A program made the translations under genes and the position numbers. DNA of 64,000 bases from contig CP129486.1 in assembly GCA_030584005.1 (NCBI GenBank), forward strand, positions 1,855,933 through 1,919,932. The letters run 5' to 3'. This stretch comes from Bdellovibrionota bacterium (lineage in GTDB: Bacteria > Bdellovibrionota_C > UBA2361 > JAFLCA01). The notes below the pieces were generated by a model. That model worked only from the letters and a program-made list of their open reading frames with translations, had not been told where the DNA came from and did no database searches. The number at the start of each line of letters is the position of its first letter. Position 1 is the stretch's first letter. Of the stretch, positions 9,069 through 17,940 are shown one piece after another.

Positions 9069-9998
9069 TTACTGGCTGCGGGTGGCGGCATAGATTCCGT
9101 CATCGGTTTCCCAAATGAACATCCTTTTGGTGCCGCTACTCTGTGTCAGAATGAAGGCATCTTGTGGATTGCCGGGGAGCCCCAAATTACCGTTCTCAAC
9201 CGTAGTATCTGTGTTCACCCCCAGCACTTTTTTCCTGATCTTGAATCTCCTGCCGTTAGTCGAGGTCGCTAGATACACCCCGGAGTTTCTCTGATTGCCT
9301 TCGGCGGTAAAGTATAGACGGAATTGATCAGTACTCGCGTCGAACTCAACAAACGGGCTGAACACCAGGCCAACGTCACAAAGGGTGCCGCGAAGTTTAA
9401 GTCTACGCATCTCGCTCCGCGACAGGTCGTCACAATCCGATCTTCTCTTGATCCGAACCCCTGAATCCTGGGTGCAAGTGAGACCAGTCGCATCGCAGCT
9501 AATGCTGCGAATGTTCCTTCCAAAATTTGGATTAGCGCTCACTTCTTGATCGTAAAAAATTCTGAATGTTCCATCTGCTTGTTCCATTGCCGAGGGATGA
9601 ATGATCTGACCTGCTCCTGTCAATCTAATCCCATCCTCCTGTGTAAATGTGGTTCCATCCGTGGACGTGGCGCTGATAAGACCGCCACTATCAGACGTTG
9701 AGTAATACATTCGAAACAGAGTATCGCTTAACTTCAACAAGGCGTGGTGTTGCCCGCTGAGGATTGTGCCCTCATCGGTGAACGTTTCGCCATCATCCTC
9801 GGATACGGCGGTACCGATCGAGCCCTCCTTCATATAATAAGCGCGAAATCTCTGGCCATTGAGCGGAACTATATCGAGGTTCGCATACGAGTCATCAAAG
9901 ACCCGTGTGTCCAGTCGCGTCCAAGATTCGCCGCTTTGCGCCTGGGTTGTCTGCAGTGCAATGATCAATAGCATCAAGACGATGGAAATGTGGTTCAT
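9069..9998 (-). CDS. Secreted beta-propeller protein (GH32/GH43-like blade repeats)
   Basis: Signal peptide; repeated blades FRAYYM..AVSEDDGETF, FRMYYS..ATSTDGTTF, FRIFYD, FRLYFT..ATSTNGRRF. Confidence 0.65.
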   Translation of the reverse strand: MNHISIVLMLLIIALQTTQAQSGESWTRLDTRVFDDSYANLDIVPLNGQRFRAYYMKEGSIGTAVSEDDGETFTDEGTILSGQHHALLKLSDTLFRMYYSTSDSGGLISATSTDGTTFTQEDGIRLTGAGQIIHPSAMEQADGTFRIFYDQEVSANPNFGRNIRSISCDATGLTCTQDSGVRIKRRSDCDDLSRSEMRRLKLRGTLCDVGLVFSPFVEFDASTDQFRLYFTAEGNQRNSGVYLATSTNGRRFKIRKKVLGVNTDTTVENGNLGLPGNPQDAFILTQSSGTKRMFIWETDDGIYAATRSQ

Positions 9999-10045
9999 TC
10001 TCCCCTCTCATTAAGTCATCACGAGTACTGCGCGCTACTTGTCAA

Positions 10046-10085
10046 AAGTTGGTTTCAAAAAGGTACTTCTGAAACCACTTATAGG
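10046..10085. repeat. Palindromic unit, family A, copy 3
   Basis: ttggtttc-aaaaaggtacttct-gaaaccacttatagg, 3 bp from the type III PKS stop codon. Confidence 0.75.
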
Positions 10086-10088
10086 TCA

Positions 10089-11141
10089 CTACGCGGCAAA
10101 GCGGAATAAGATAAGCTCGAGTGTTAGTCCTGGCCCCACACCGACGAGCAGGGCATAATCGTCTTTCTGCGGGGCAGCCGACGCAAGAAAGCGCTCAAGC
10201 ACAAACAGTACGGTGGCAGAAGAAAGATTGCCGCAGCTCTGCAGGACCTCTCTTGCCCAGGGCGCCTGCTCCGGCCGCAAAGAAAAAGCCGACTCCAGCA
10301 GCTCTAGAATTCTAATCCCCCCTGGATGGAACAGCCAGTGTGGAATGCTCGACGGTGTAAGATCGTGCTGCGCGAGGAACGAACGCACGAGTTGCGGTGC
10401 GGCGCTGCTCAAGGATTGCGGCAGCTCTTTGGCCAAGCGCAGGTGAAATCCATCGTCGAACAAATCGTATCCCATCAGATGTCGCGTATTGGGCAAGAGA
10501 TAGGATTGATGGGCGATGAAAGTGAGCCCTGATTCCCCCGCACCGACGACCGCGCAAGCTGCTCCGTCTGCAAAGAGGGCACTGCCGACGAGTTCGGCCG
10601 ATGAAGGGTTCTCGCTGTGGAATACCAGGGAGCAAAGCTCCACTGAGTTAAGAAGCACAGCGCCCCCGCTGTGTGCGAGCTGAGAAGCGATGCCCAACCC
10701 GACCACCCCGCCGGCACAACCCTGCTGATATATCGGAATACGTTTGGTATGGCGCGACATGCCCACCCGTTCAAGGATCAGTGCGTCGATTGAAGGGATG
10801 GTGGGGCAGCTGCAGGAGGTAAAAACAAAGGACTCCACACTCTCGGGAGTCACCGCCGCCTGGGTGAGCGCTCGCGTGACGGCCTGGCTGCCGAGCTTCG
10901 GCCCCTCTCGTTCGAAATGTTCGGCCCGACCATGCAGGCCATTAAGGGACAGTATCTCGGGAACGGGTATGGCAAATGAACGACGCTCTGTTCGAGTCGA
11001 AGATAGAAAGCGTTCAAAAATGGCCCGCTTTGCTGGGTCGTGTGCAAGCCAATTATCGGTGCAGCGGGCGATCTCTTCGGGGGTGTAACTATGCTCGGGG
11101 ACGGCAGTGCCGATACTACGGATGGTGATCGGTTTATTCAT
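10089..11141 (-). CDS. Type III polyketide synthase (chalcone-synthase-like)
   Basis: Cys-His-Asn triad: QQGCAGG, WLFHPGG, CGNLSSA; LFADGAA; GVGPGLTLE. Confidence 0.93.
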   Translation of the reverse strand: MNKPITIRSIGTAVPEHSYTPEEIARCTDNWLAHDPAKRAIFERFLSSTRTERRSFAIPVPEILSLNGLHGRAEHFEREGPKLGSQAVTRALTQAAVTPESVESFVFTSCSCPTIPSIDALILERVGMSRHTKRIPIYQQGCAGGVVGLGIASQLAHSGGAVLLNSVELCSLVFHSENPSSAELVGSALFADGAACAVVGAGESGLTFIAHQSYLLPNTRHLMGYDLFDDGFHLRLAKELPQSLSSAAPQLVRSFLAQHDLTPSSIPHWLFHPGGIRILELLESAFSLRPEQAPWAREVLQSCGNLSSATVLFVLERFLASAAPQKDDYALLVGVGPGLTLELILFRFAA

Positions 11142-11751
11142 GAGTCGGTTGACCCTTTAAAGTGAGGGCAAATGTGATAGTAGCAATCGGATCAACTCTC
11201 GCAATCAATATCGATGGATCTTCTACCTCATACTCCGCCCAGGTGATAGGAAAACTCCCCTGAACTACATAGTCCTTCCCCTGTTTCGTCACAGATGCTT
11301 GTATCTCGACTGCATGGGTAATCGATCGAATGGAAAGATTCCCGCGCAAGAGGATCGCACAGCGACTCGCCTCTACCATGACTGCCGGATCGCACGGAAT
11401 GTCCGCAGATTTTAGATCAAACTTTACCTTGGGATACTCCTCGGCCGCCATCACCTCGCGCAGTTTATCATCACGCATGCTATTGTCTGTATTAAACTGA
11501 GCTACAGGTACCGAGATCTCTGCCCGTAAACTTGCGCTGTCTGCCGGATTCTCAATCCATACTCGACCGGAGACCCCGGTGGTGGTGCCGTGCACGGTGT
11601 GCCAGGTGGAGTCCACTTCGAAGGAAAGCTGGGTGTTGTAATCCCCGAGCGGCGTTGGAAGGTTCCACGGTGTCGCAGCGGCAAGATCAGGATACATGTG
11701 TGCGCACAATAGAAGTGCTGCGACGAGCCGTCGAACTCTCATCCTTCTCAT
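11134..11751 (-). CDS. YceI-family lipid/polyisoprenoid-binding protein
   Basis: Signal peptide; LSFEVDSTWHTVHG, FNTDNSMRDDKLR, YPKVKF, GNLSIRSITH. Start moved to ATG 11751, which overlaps the upstream TGA (ATGA); stop overlaps the PKS start by 8 bp. Confidence 0.85.
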   Translation of the reverse strand: MRRMRVRRLVAALLLCAHMYPDLAAATPWNLPTPLGDYNTQLSFEVDSTWHTVHGTTTGVSGRVWIENPADSASLRAEISVPVAQFNTDNSMRDDKLREVMAAEEYPKVKFDLKSADIPCDPAVMVEASRCAILLRGNLSIRSITHAVEIQASVTKQGKDYVVQGSFPITWAEYEVEDPSILIARVDPIATITFALTLKGQPTHE

Positions 11752-12887
11752 ACGTATGCTCCCAGAAAGGCCAGGGCGACCCGCCCCAGCGAGGAACCGG
11801 CTGACGATCCATGCAGGCACGCACCCATCCCCTGCCCGAATCGAGATCTGGTCAGGGTACGGAGCATAGGTAGGCCCTGCCACGACTTAAGAGAGTGGTA
11901 GGTCAACGTAGTAAATCCACGCAGCGGCCGGGCCGCACGCTCACGGTTTCGACTGTATTCTTGCAGACGCATGGGGATGCTGCCAGGGTGCTCGAGGCTT
12001 GAGGCAAGCGCTCTCGCGGCAAGCTGGGCAGAGAGGATAGCATGGGTCATGCCCATCCCCCCGATCGGGTCGAACTGTTCGCAGGCATCGCCGACCCTGA
12101 TGCAGCGTTCACTCACTACCGCATTTTGACGGGCCTTGTGGATCGGTGTGGACAGGTAATCCGCTTCTACCGTCGCGCTCCAGTTGAGAGACTCAAGAAG
12201 CTTAGGGATAGCGGAATCCTGCAGGGAGCGGATCAATTTGGATCTATGCCGATCTCGGTGTCCAAGAAAGCTCACGTTAAGCCGATTTGATGCGAGCGGC
12301 GTACAGAAGAACTCCCCTGCGGGGTGTAGAAACACATTGGCATATGGGGTTTCGATGGGGCGTGTTCCCTGTAGGTGGAAGGTGAGCCCATAGCGAAGCG
12401 GGTGGATGGCAGGGTTTGAGGAGTGAGCATACAGCCAGCCGCCCTGCCCTGCCGCATCAACAACATAGCGTGCAGTAATCGACTGCCCTTCCAGATGTAC
12501 CGCTCCGCTCAATGGTTCGACCATGGTGACTTTCTGCCCCAGAATTGCGGTGACGGTGGGTTCTTGGAGCGCAGAGGAAAGGAGGGCAGCATCGAGCATG
12601 CTACGTTCGATCCCAACTCCCGCGAACTCAGTGGGTATCACAAAGGGCGCGCCCTCCATGGGATGGATGGCATAACCGCGAAAGGGGCGAACTGGAATCT
12701 CGTCAAGCGAACCTCCAGCAAGCTCCCGCAGGGTTTCCAAACCTAGTTTTGAAAGGCCTTCGCCGCAGGGTTTGCTGCGGGGAAAGGAGGCCTTATCAAT
12801 CAGGGCGACAGAGTAACCCCTGGCTGCGAGCTGCTTGCTCAGCACCGATCCGGCAATCGAAGCCCCCACGACGGCAACATCAAACAT
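11748..12887 (-). CDS. FAD-dependent oxidoreductase/monooxygenase (geranylgeranyl reductase / aromatic hydroxylase family)
   Basis: FDVAVVGASIAG Rossmann start, KPCGEGL, VVDAAG, VGDACEQFDPIGGMGMTHA. Confidence 0.85.
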   Translation of the reverse strand: MFDVAVVGASIAGSVLSKQLAARGYSVALIDKASFPRSKPCGEGLSKLGLETLRELAGGSLDEIPVRPFRGYAIHPMEGAPFVIPTEFAGVGIERSMLDAALLSSALQEPTVTAILGQKVTMVEPLSGAVHLEGQSITARYVVDAAGQGGWLYAHSSNPAIHPLRYGLTFHLQGTRPIETPYANVFLHPAGEFFCTPLASNRLNVSFLGHRDRHRSKLIRSLQDSAIPKLLESLNWSATVEADYLSTPIHKARQNAVVSERCIRVGDACEQFDPIGGMGMTHAILSAQLAARALASSLEHPGSIPMRLQEYSRNRERAARPLRGFTTLTYHSLKSWQGLPMLRTLTRSRFGQGMGACLHGSSAGSSLGRVALAFLGAYV

Positions 12888-12936
12888 AGAAACATTCTGC
12901 TAGTAAGAACCTGCTCCATCATGACGCTCTGGCTGC

Positions 12937-13548
12937 GTGAAATCATCACGTCCTGATGGCCAATGGTGCTTCGATCGCGATTTAGGTAGAAGTTACACAG
13001 CGTTGGCTGAATGTCATAGGCGGTTTGTGCGAGAGGATGTAACCGAGTTCACACCAAGAGATCGAAGGATCGCAATCGGATTCCTCGCCGCCGTGGCGGC
13101 GCTCACCCTGATGGATATCATCGAGGACCTGCTGGAGGGCGCAACGGCGTTGCACGCAGCGACAGAGGGCCTGGTCGTTGCTGCCTGCATGATCGGGGTG
13201 GTGGTGCTTTGGCGCCGCTCATTCCATGGGATGCGGCAACGCACGAGGACTTTAGAGGCCGAGCTAGTGAGGGCTCACTCCGATCTTTCTTCCTGGCAGC
13301 ACCAGACAGAAACTCTTCGCAAGGGACTGCACGAGGCAATCGCTAAGCAGCTTGTTGATTGGCAGCTCACCGCTGCCGAGCAAGATGTGGCTTTCATGCT
13401 CCTTAAAGGTCTGAGCATCAAGGAGATCGCCAGCGCGCGCGAAACCAGTGAACGAACGGTGCGCCAACAATCGGCTGCCATCTACCAAAAATCAAAACTC
13501 GAAGGTCGGGCCCAGCTAGCCGCCTTTTTCCTCGAAGATGTGCTGTAG
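12937..13548 (+). CDS. Membrane-anchored LuxR-type HTH transcriptional regulator
   Basis: Two hydrophobic segments, a coiled coil, then LTAAEQDVAFMLLKGLSIKEIASARETSERTVRQQSAAIYQK; start uncertain. Confidence 0.8.
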   Translation: MKSSRPDGQWCFDRDLGRSYTALAECHRRFVREDVTEFTPRDRRIAIGFLAAVAALTLMDIIEDLLEGATALHAATEGLVVAACMIGVVVLWRRSFHGMRQRTRTLEAELVRAHSDLSSWQHQTETLRKGLHEAIAKQLVDWQLTAAEQDVAFMLLKGLSIKEIASARETSERTVRQQSAAIYQKSKLEGRAQLAAFFLEDVL

Positions 13549-13739
13549 GTGCCGACTCATTGGCTTAAACGAATCCATGTACGGTCCCATTGAGGGTGCC
13601 CGTTCAGTCTACGGCCAGGGAATGAACCCTCATTCTTCTGAATTATCGCAAACTTAGGCCACATTTTTGCGCTCCATGCGAACAGCCATGGGGTGTTTGG
13701 GCGTCTTAATGGTGCGATTAGTGCTATTTTAAAAGCGAT

Positions 13740-14858
13740 ATGGCGTTGTTTCACCAGTCATCGGCTGAGTCGCGAGGGGCTCGGACGGATCCCTCGAGAG
13801 AGCACTACCTTCGATTGTCGGAGGTGGTGGCTCGCCACGGTCTGAGCGCTCCGCAGAATCATCACGGATCGAGTGAGCGAGCGGCCATCGAATTAATCGG
13901 ACGCTTTGCCTTTGCGGAGCGCGAGCTGCAGCGCCAACCTTCGGAGAACATCTCTGTCGATGAGGGCCGCGCACGCTGGAGACTTGGAGTAGTTGAAGCA
14001 ATTCATAGGCTCATTCCGGAAGCGCAGAGGCTGGCGCACCATGATTATGACCAGGCGGTAGGAATGCTTGGGATGGTGCGAGCAGGAAAGATTCTTTTCC
14101 GGCATGGGGTGGATACAATTAAGAAGACCCCCATGTCACCGGAGTTAGACGCAGTCATCAAGGGACTTCGGCGTGTCTATAGTGTCGCTGGCTACGATGC
14201 AGGATCCATCGACCCGCAAGGGACGTTAGCGGCGTTCAGCTTCCATGTGCCTCGTCCGGATTCGATTGAGGGCAAGACTGCTCTGTTCGGACTTGGGCAG
14301 GGTGAAACCCTAGACGCAGCTTTCGCACGAGACGCCATAATGCTCATGCGACTCGTGCATCCACTTGGTCTTTGCCCCCTGCTCAATATTCCCGGAAGGA
14401 CTCATATGGGGTTTTCTGGAGATCGAGCCGGCATCGATTTCGGGCCGCGGCTTGGTAATGTAGAGATAGAGTCAAACAGCGCTCGCACCAAGATTACCTA
14501 CATTCCGGCCCCTGGCCCCGGTCAACGCAGCGGGGAACCGATCCGTATTCAGAATGGTGAAGCAATATTATTAGGCCGTCCACTCACCGTGGGTGCGTTA
14601 TTCGGGATTCATTTTGATCCGGTGCACATTGAGCCTGGATGTAAGATTCCGGAGAACGAAATATCACGTGCCGCCTATTTGATCGTGCGAGACTATAGCG
14701 GCGGGGTGTATCTCTTTGATCGTGGTGCGCGCCATTCCTTTGGTTTCTGGGAGAGCTACGGTGGCCGGGAGAGCCGCTATCGTTTCGACCCGCGAGCCAC
14801 CTTGAACAACCAGGGTCGTTTTACTACCGGGCAAACCTCGCTCAGCTCCCCCCTATAG
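13740..14858 (+). CDS. Hypothetical protein with C-terminal degenerate FHA-like domain
   Basis: AILLGRPL ... ISRAAYLIVRD..GVYLFDRGARHS resembles FHA GR...SR.H...DLGS.NG. Confidence 0.55.
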   Translation: MALFHQSSAESRGARTDPSREHYLRLSEVVARHGLSAPQNHHGSSERAAIELIGRFAFAERELQRQPSENISVDEGRARWRLGVVEAIHRLIPEAQRLAHHDYDQAVGMLGMVRAGKILFRHGVDTIKKTPMSPELDAVIKGLRRVYSVAGYDAGSIDPQGTLAAFSFHVPRPDSIEGKTALFGLGQGETLDAAFARDAIMLMRLVHPLGLCPLLNIPGRTHMGFSGDRAGIDFGPRLGNVEIESNSARTKITYIPAPGPGQRSGEPIRIQNGEAILLGRPLTVGALFGIHFDPVHIEPGCKIPENEISRAAYLIVRDYSGGVYLFDRGARHSFGFWESYGGRESRYRFDPRATLNNQGRFTTGQTSLSSPL

Positions 14859-15019
14859 GCCCTATGTGCGTTACGCTGACTGGGCCAAAGTTACCCCATA
14901 GCCGCTACGCTAGCCCTCCACGTATACTCACAAGACGTTGTTCCGCATTCCCGCGCATCTGGCGAGGTGTTTGCAGCATCAACTAGTATTGGGGCAGTTC
15001 GTATTTTGAGTGCATCGCT

Positions 15020-15970
15020 ATGCATCTCGCCATTGATAATGAGAATCCATCCTTCCAGCAGCCTCCCCCGGCTGGATTTCTAACCGAAGATGTCCTTCCC
15101 TGGCGTGCCGATATTCCTGCCCTTTTGGCGAAGGATCATCGGCATGGCCCGGCGCTGCGCTCGCTCGAGGTGAGAGTCGTACTAAGACCGGTTCCTGATG
15201 ATTTGAGTGTGGAGGTGACGGAGCGCTTTAATCGCTGCAAAGATCGATTGAGCTCGCGTTGTCTTAAACTTTTTGAATTAGTGCGATACGGCAGCGCCTG
15301 CATGGTCTCGCATGAGTATGTCCCTGCCCTCCCGTTGCAAGAGTTCCTCGAACGCACGCACAGCCCCTTAAAATTGCAGCAGTTAGTGAGACAACTCGGA
15401 GAGCTTGTGCTGGAGGAGGAGTCCATTCGTAGTGAACTAGTCTTCACCCCTCTCGATATTCTGGTAGGAGAGGATGGAGTATTGAGGTTTGACACCGCGG
15501 CGGCCCTCCTGCGGGAGGCTCACCATGGGGAGCAGGATGACCAAGCGCCGCTTGCCACCGTAGTCATGCTACGGGCGGCTGGAGAGCGTCTGCTGACGGC
15601 TTCTCGTAGAAAGTTATTACATCGATTTGGTGTATCTAAGGCGGATACTGCGATCGTTTCACGGCTCTTGGAAGCGATAGATGCAGGCTCAAAGGCGCTT
15701 GTCTGGCAGCTCGCCATGGACCTCACCACCCATTTTAGCCCTCGTCCTAATCTCCTCGCCCATACCCTTGTTTCTCAGGCTAAGGCGCATATCGAACGTC
15801 AAGAACTACGCAGAGGTTGGTATGTCGTAGCCTTGATTGCATTTTACAGTTTCACTCTAATGACTCTCGTGGCAATCTTTTCTGCATCCCGCTTCGCCCC
15901 CAATGAGTCAGAAGAGAAGGATTTATCGAGTCGGCCTATTGGGAATAGAGCGATCGATGAGAGCTATTGA
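15020..15970 (+). CDS. Degenerate Ser/Thr-kinase-like protein with C-terminal TM helix
   Basis: MVSHEYVPALPLQEFL (hinge-like), FTPLDILVGEDGVLRFD (catalytic-loop-like, no HRD or DFG), TM WYVVALIAFYSFTLMTLVAIF. Confidence 0.55.
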   Translation: MHLAIDNENPSFQQPPPAGFLTEDVLPWRADIPALLAKDHRHGPALRSLEVRVVLRPVPDDLSVEVTERFNRCKDRLSSRCLKLFELVRYGSACMVSHEYVPALPLQEFLERTHSPLKLQQLVRQLGELVLEEESIRSELVFTPLDILVGEDGVLRFDTAAALLREAHHGEQDDQAPLATVVMLRAAGERLLTASRRKLLHRFGVSKADTAIVSRLLEAIDAGSKALVWQLAMDLTTHFSPRPNLLAHTLVSQAKAHIERQELRRGWYVVALIAFYSFTLMTLVAIFSASRFAPNESEEKDLSSRPIGNRAIDESY

Positions 15971-16051
15971 GCAATAGTGAGAGTCCCGCACGGACAGACT
16001 GACGGTTCGTGTGTTGAGTCGGCGAAATTTTGTTTTATGGAGCAATCTGCC

Positions 16052-16528
16052 ATGTCAATTGAAGCGAGCGATCGAAAGAGCACCCAGCATGCCACCATTG
16101 GCCCCTCCGTGTGTGTCAAAGGTGAAATTTCTGGTGATGAGGACATTCTGATTGAGGGCTCCGTAGAAGGCGCTATCAATTTGAAGAAAAATGCCGTCAC
16201 CGTTGCAAAATCCGGTCGGGTCAAAGCCAATATATCTGGCGTAGTCATCCACGTTGAGGGTGAAGTGGTCGGTGACCTGCACGGGGTTGAGAAGGTGGTG
16301 GTGCATTCTTCTGGAAAGGTCGTCGGAAATATCTCTGCTCCACGCATCTCGCTCGAGGAAGGCGGCAAGGTGAAAGGCATGATTGATACCGAAAGTGCGG
16401 GAGAGTCAACAGGTACCTTTCGTTTGAACAACAAAATCGAAGAAACCCGTCCCTCCAGCATCCCGACTGCGAATGGTCCAGTACCTCAACCTATTACCAA
16501 GACGTCTGGCACGATTAGTGTTTCCTAA
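16052..16528 (+). CDS. Bactofilin (polymer-forming cytoskeletal protein)
   Basis: TIGPSVCVKGEISGDEDILIEGSVEGAI..VTVAKSGRVKANI..VEGEVVGDL..GNISAPRISLEEGG; start placed at ATG 16052 after GGAG. Confidence 0.9.
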   Translation: MSIEASDRKSTQHATIGPSVCVKGEISGDEDILIEGSVEGAINLKKNAVTVAKSGRVKANISGVVIHVEGEVVGDLHGVEKVVVHSSGKVVGNISAPRISLEEGGKVKGMIDTESAGESTGTFRLNNKIEETRPSSIPTANGPVPQPITKTSGTISVS

Positions 16529-16572
16529 GGAATAGGCAGCGGCGTGTATAACGTCGCGCTAAGAGAAGACTG

Positions 16573-16609
16573 CGGGCTCGGGTGGATATCCCCCGAGCCC
16601 GTTTTTTTT
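16573..16609 (+). terminator. Rho-independent terminator after bactofilin
   Basis: cgggctcggg-tggatatcc-cccgagcccg followed by T8. Confidence 0.9.
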
Positions 16610-16690
16610 GTGATTGGCCCACACACTACAGTTCGTCAGCAACTCCTGATGCACTGTGCTGCCATGGGCTCGGCGCCACGCAATGTCGGG

Positions 16691-16726
16691 CTAGAGATAC
16701 GCTGAACTCATTCAGCCTACCCCTAG
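16691..16726. repeat. Palindromic unit, family B, copy 2
   Basis: ctagagatacgctgaactcattcagcctacccctag; right CTAG supplies the TAG stop of the AKR gene. Confidence 0.8.
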
Positions 16727-17619
16727 ATCTGTCCGACCCAGTACTGGTCTGCTCGTGCCTTCCAGGTGTTGCGAATGTGCTGCTCCACCGCCGGTTCCAG
16801 CGGACCAGCGGCGAGCAACTCGATATTGTGCCGGAGCCGCTCAGGGCGTGTGGTACCTACGATGGCGCAGTGCACCCCCGGCTGAAAGGCGGTGAATCGC
16901 AGGGCCATGGCGGCGATGTGCTGGGAATCCTGGGTGGCGAAGTCATACTTCAAAGCATTCCAACGTTTCCAGTATTCAAGGTGGTACTCATTCTCGGGCG
17001 GAGCAGTGTATCTCCACACCGCATTCCCTAGAGAGCGTTTTATAACAACCCCCAGATTGTTTTTGATGGCGATGGGAAGGTGGAGCGAGAGAGCTTCTTG
17101 ATCCAGGATTGAGAGAGAAGTCTCAATAACGTCGAAACGACCGCATCCCGCTGCCCATAGGGCGGCTGGACCATCTCCACTGTAGCCGACGAATCGAGTG
17201 TAGCCGGCATCTCGAGCCGCTTCGACACCCTGGAGAGCTTCCCCCCACTTCATCTCGAGTTCGCCGCATGAGTGCAGAAAGAGCAGGTCTACATAATCGG
17301 TCTTAAGATGCTTGAGGCTCTTTTGAACTGTTCTCAGGATCCCCTCTTTGCTCCAATCGCTCTTGGAGAATCCCTCGACCGCACCGCATTTGGTGGCCAG
17401 CACCACCTCACTGCGGCGATGACCAAGCGCCTGACCGATCAACTCTTCACTTGTTAGATAGGCTGCCGCCGTATCAATGAAGTTCACCCCGGCATCAAGC
17501 ACAGCGTGCAGCGTTCGCGAAGCATCATCGACAGTTACATTCGCGAAACCGATTTCGGCTGCGCCAAAGCCTATCGCTGATACCTTTAATCCGGTTTTAC
17601 CAAGTGTCCGAGTCTGCAT
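16723..17619 (-). CDS. Aldo/keto reductase
   Basis: LGKTGLKVSAIGFG, NFIDTAAAY, LATKCG, SLKHLKTDYVDLLFLH; GGAGG SD before ATG 17619. Confidence 0.9.
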   Translation of the reverse strand: MQTRTLGKTGLKVSAIGFGAAEIGFANVTVDDASRTLHAVLDAGVNFIDTAAAYLTSEELIGQALGHRRSEVVLATKCGAVEGFSKSDWSKEGILRTVQKSLKHLKTDYVDLLFLHSCGELEMKWGEALQGVEAARDAGYTRFVGYSGDGPAALWAAGCGRFDVIETSLSILDQEALSLHLPIAIKNNLGVVIKRSLGNAVWRYTAPPENEYHLEYWKRWNALKYDFATQDSQHIAAMALRFTAFQPGVHCAIVGTTRPERLRHNIELLAAGPLEPAVEQHIRNTWKARADQYWVGQI

Positions 17620-17940
17620 GAGTGCCCTCCATATAGTGACCGTGCCGCAACTATACCTCACCGCCAAAGTGTGTGGAACCGCACCTAGGGGAGCTGCAGC
17701 CGCGCCCCAAAAATGCGTTCACACTCCAGTCCCAAGGCGTTCCGCTCCCGGCAACAGCGCGGTGAGTGGCGCACCGTCTTAATGCATTCATAGCAGCAGG
17801 TTAGCATTACCGTTGCCACTCGTATTTCTGTACCGATTGACTAGCTCCGGATATGCACCAGAATATCGGGAGCTCGGTCGCCTTGACAGGTAGTGCCTTA
17901 TGCCATTGGCTAGAAAACGCTCGAGACAGTTAGGCTATCT

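Noticed and set aside
17883-17916. TTGACA promoter upstream of the SidJ-like gene
   Set aside because: Perfect -35 but no acceptable -10 at 16-18 bp spacing
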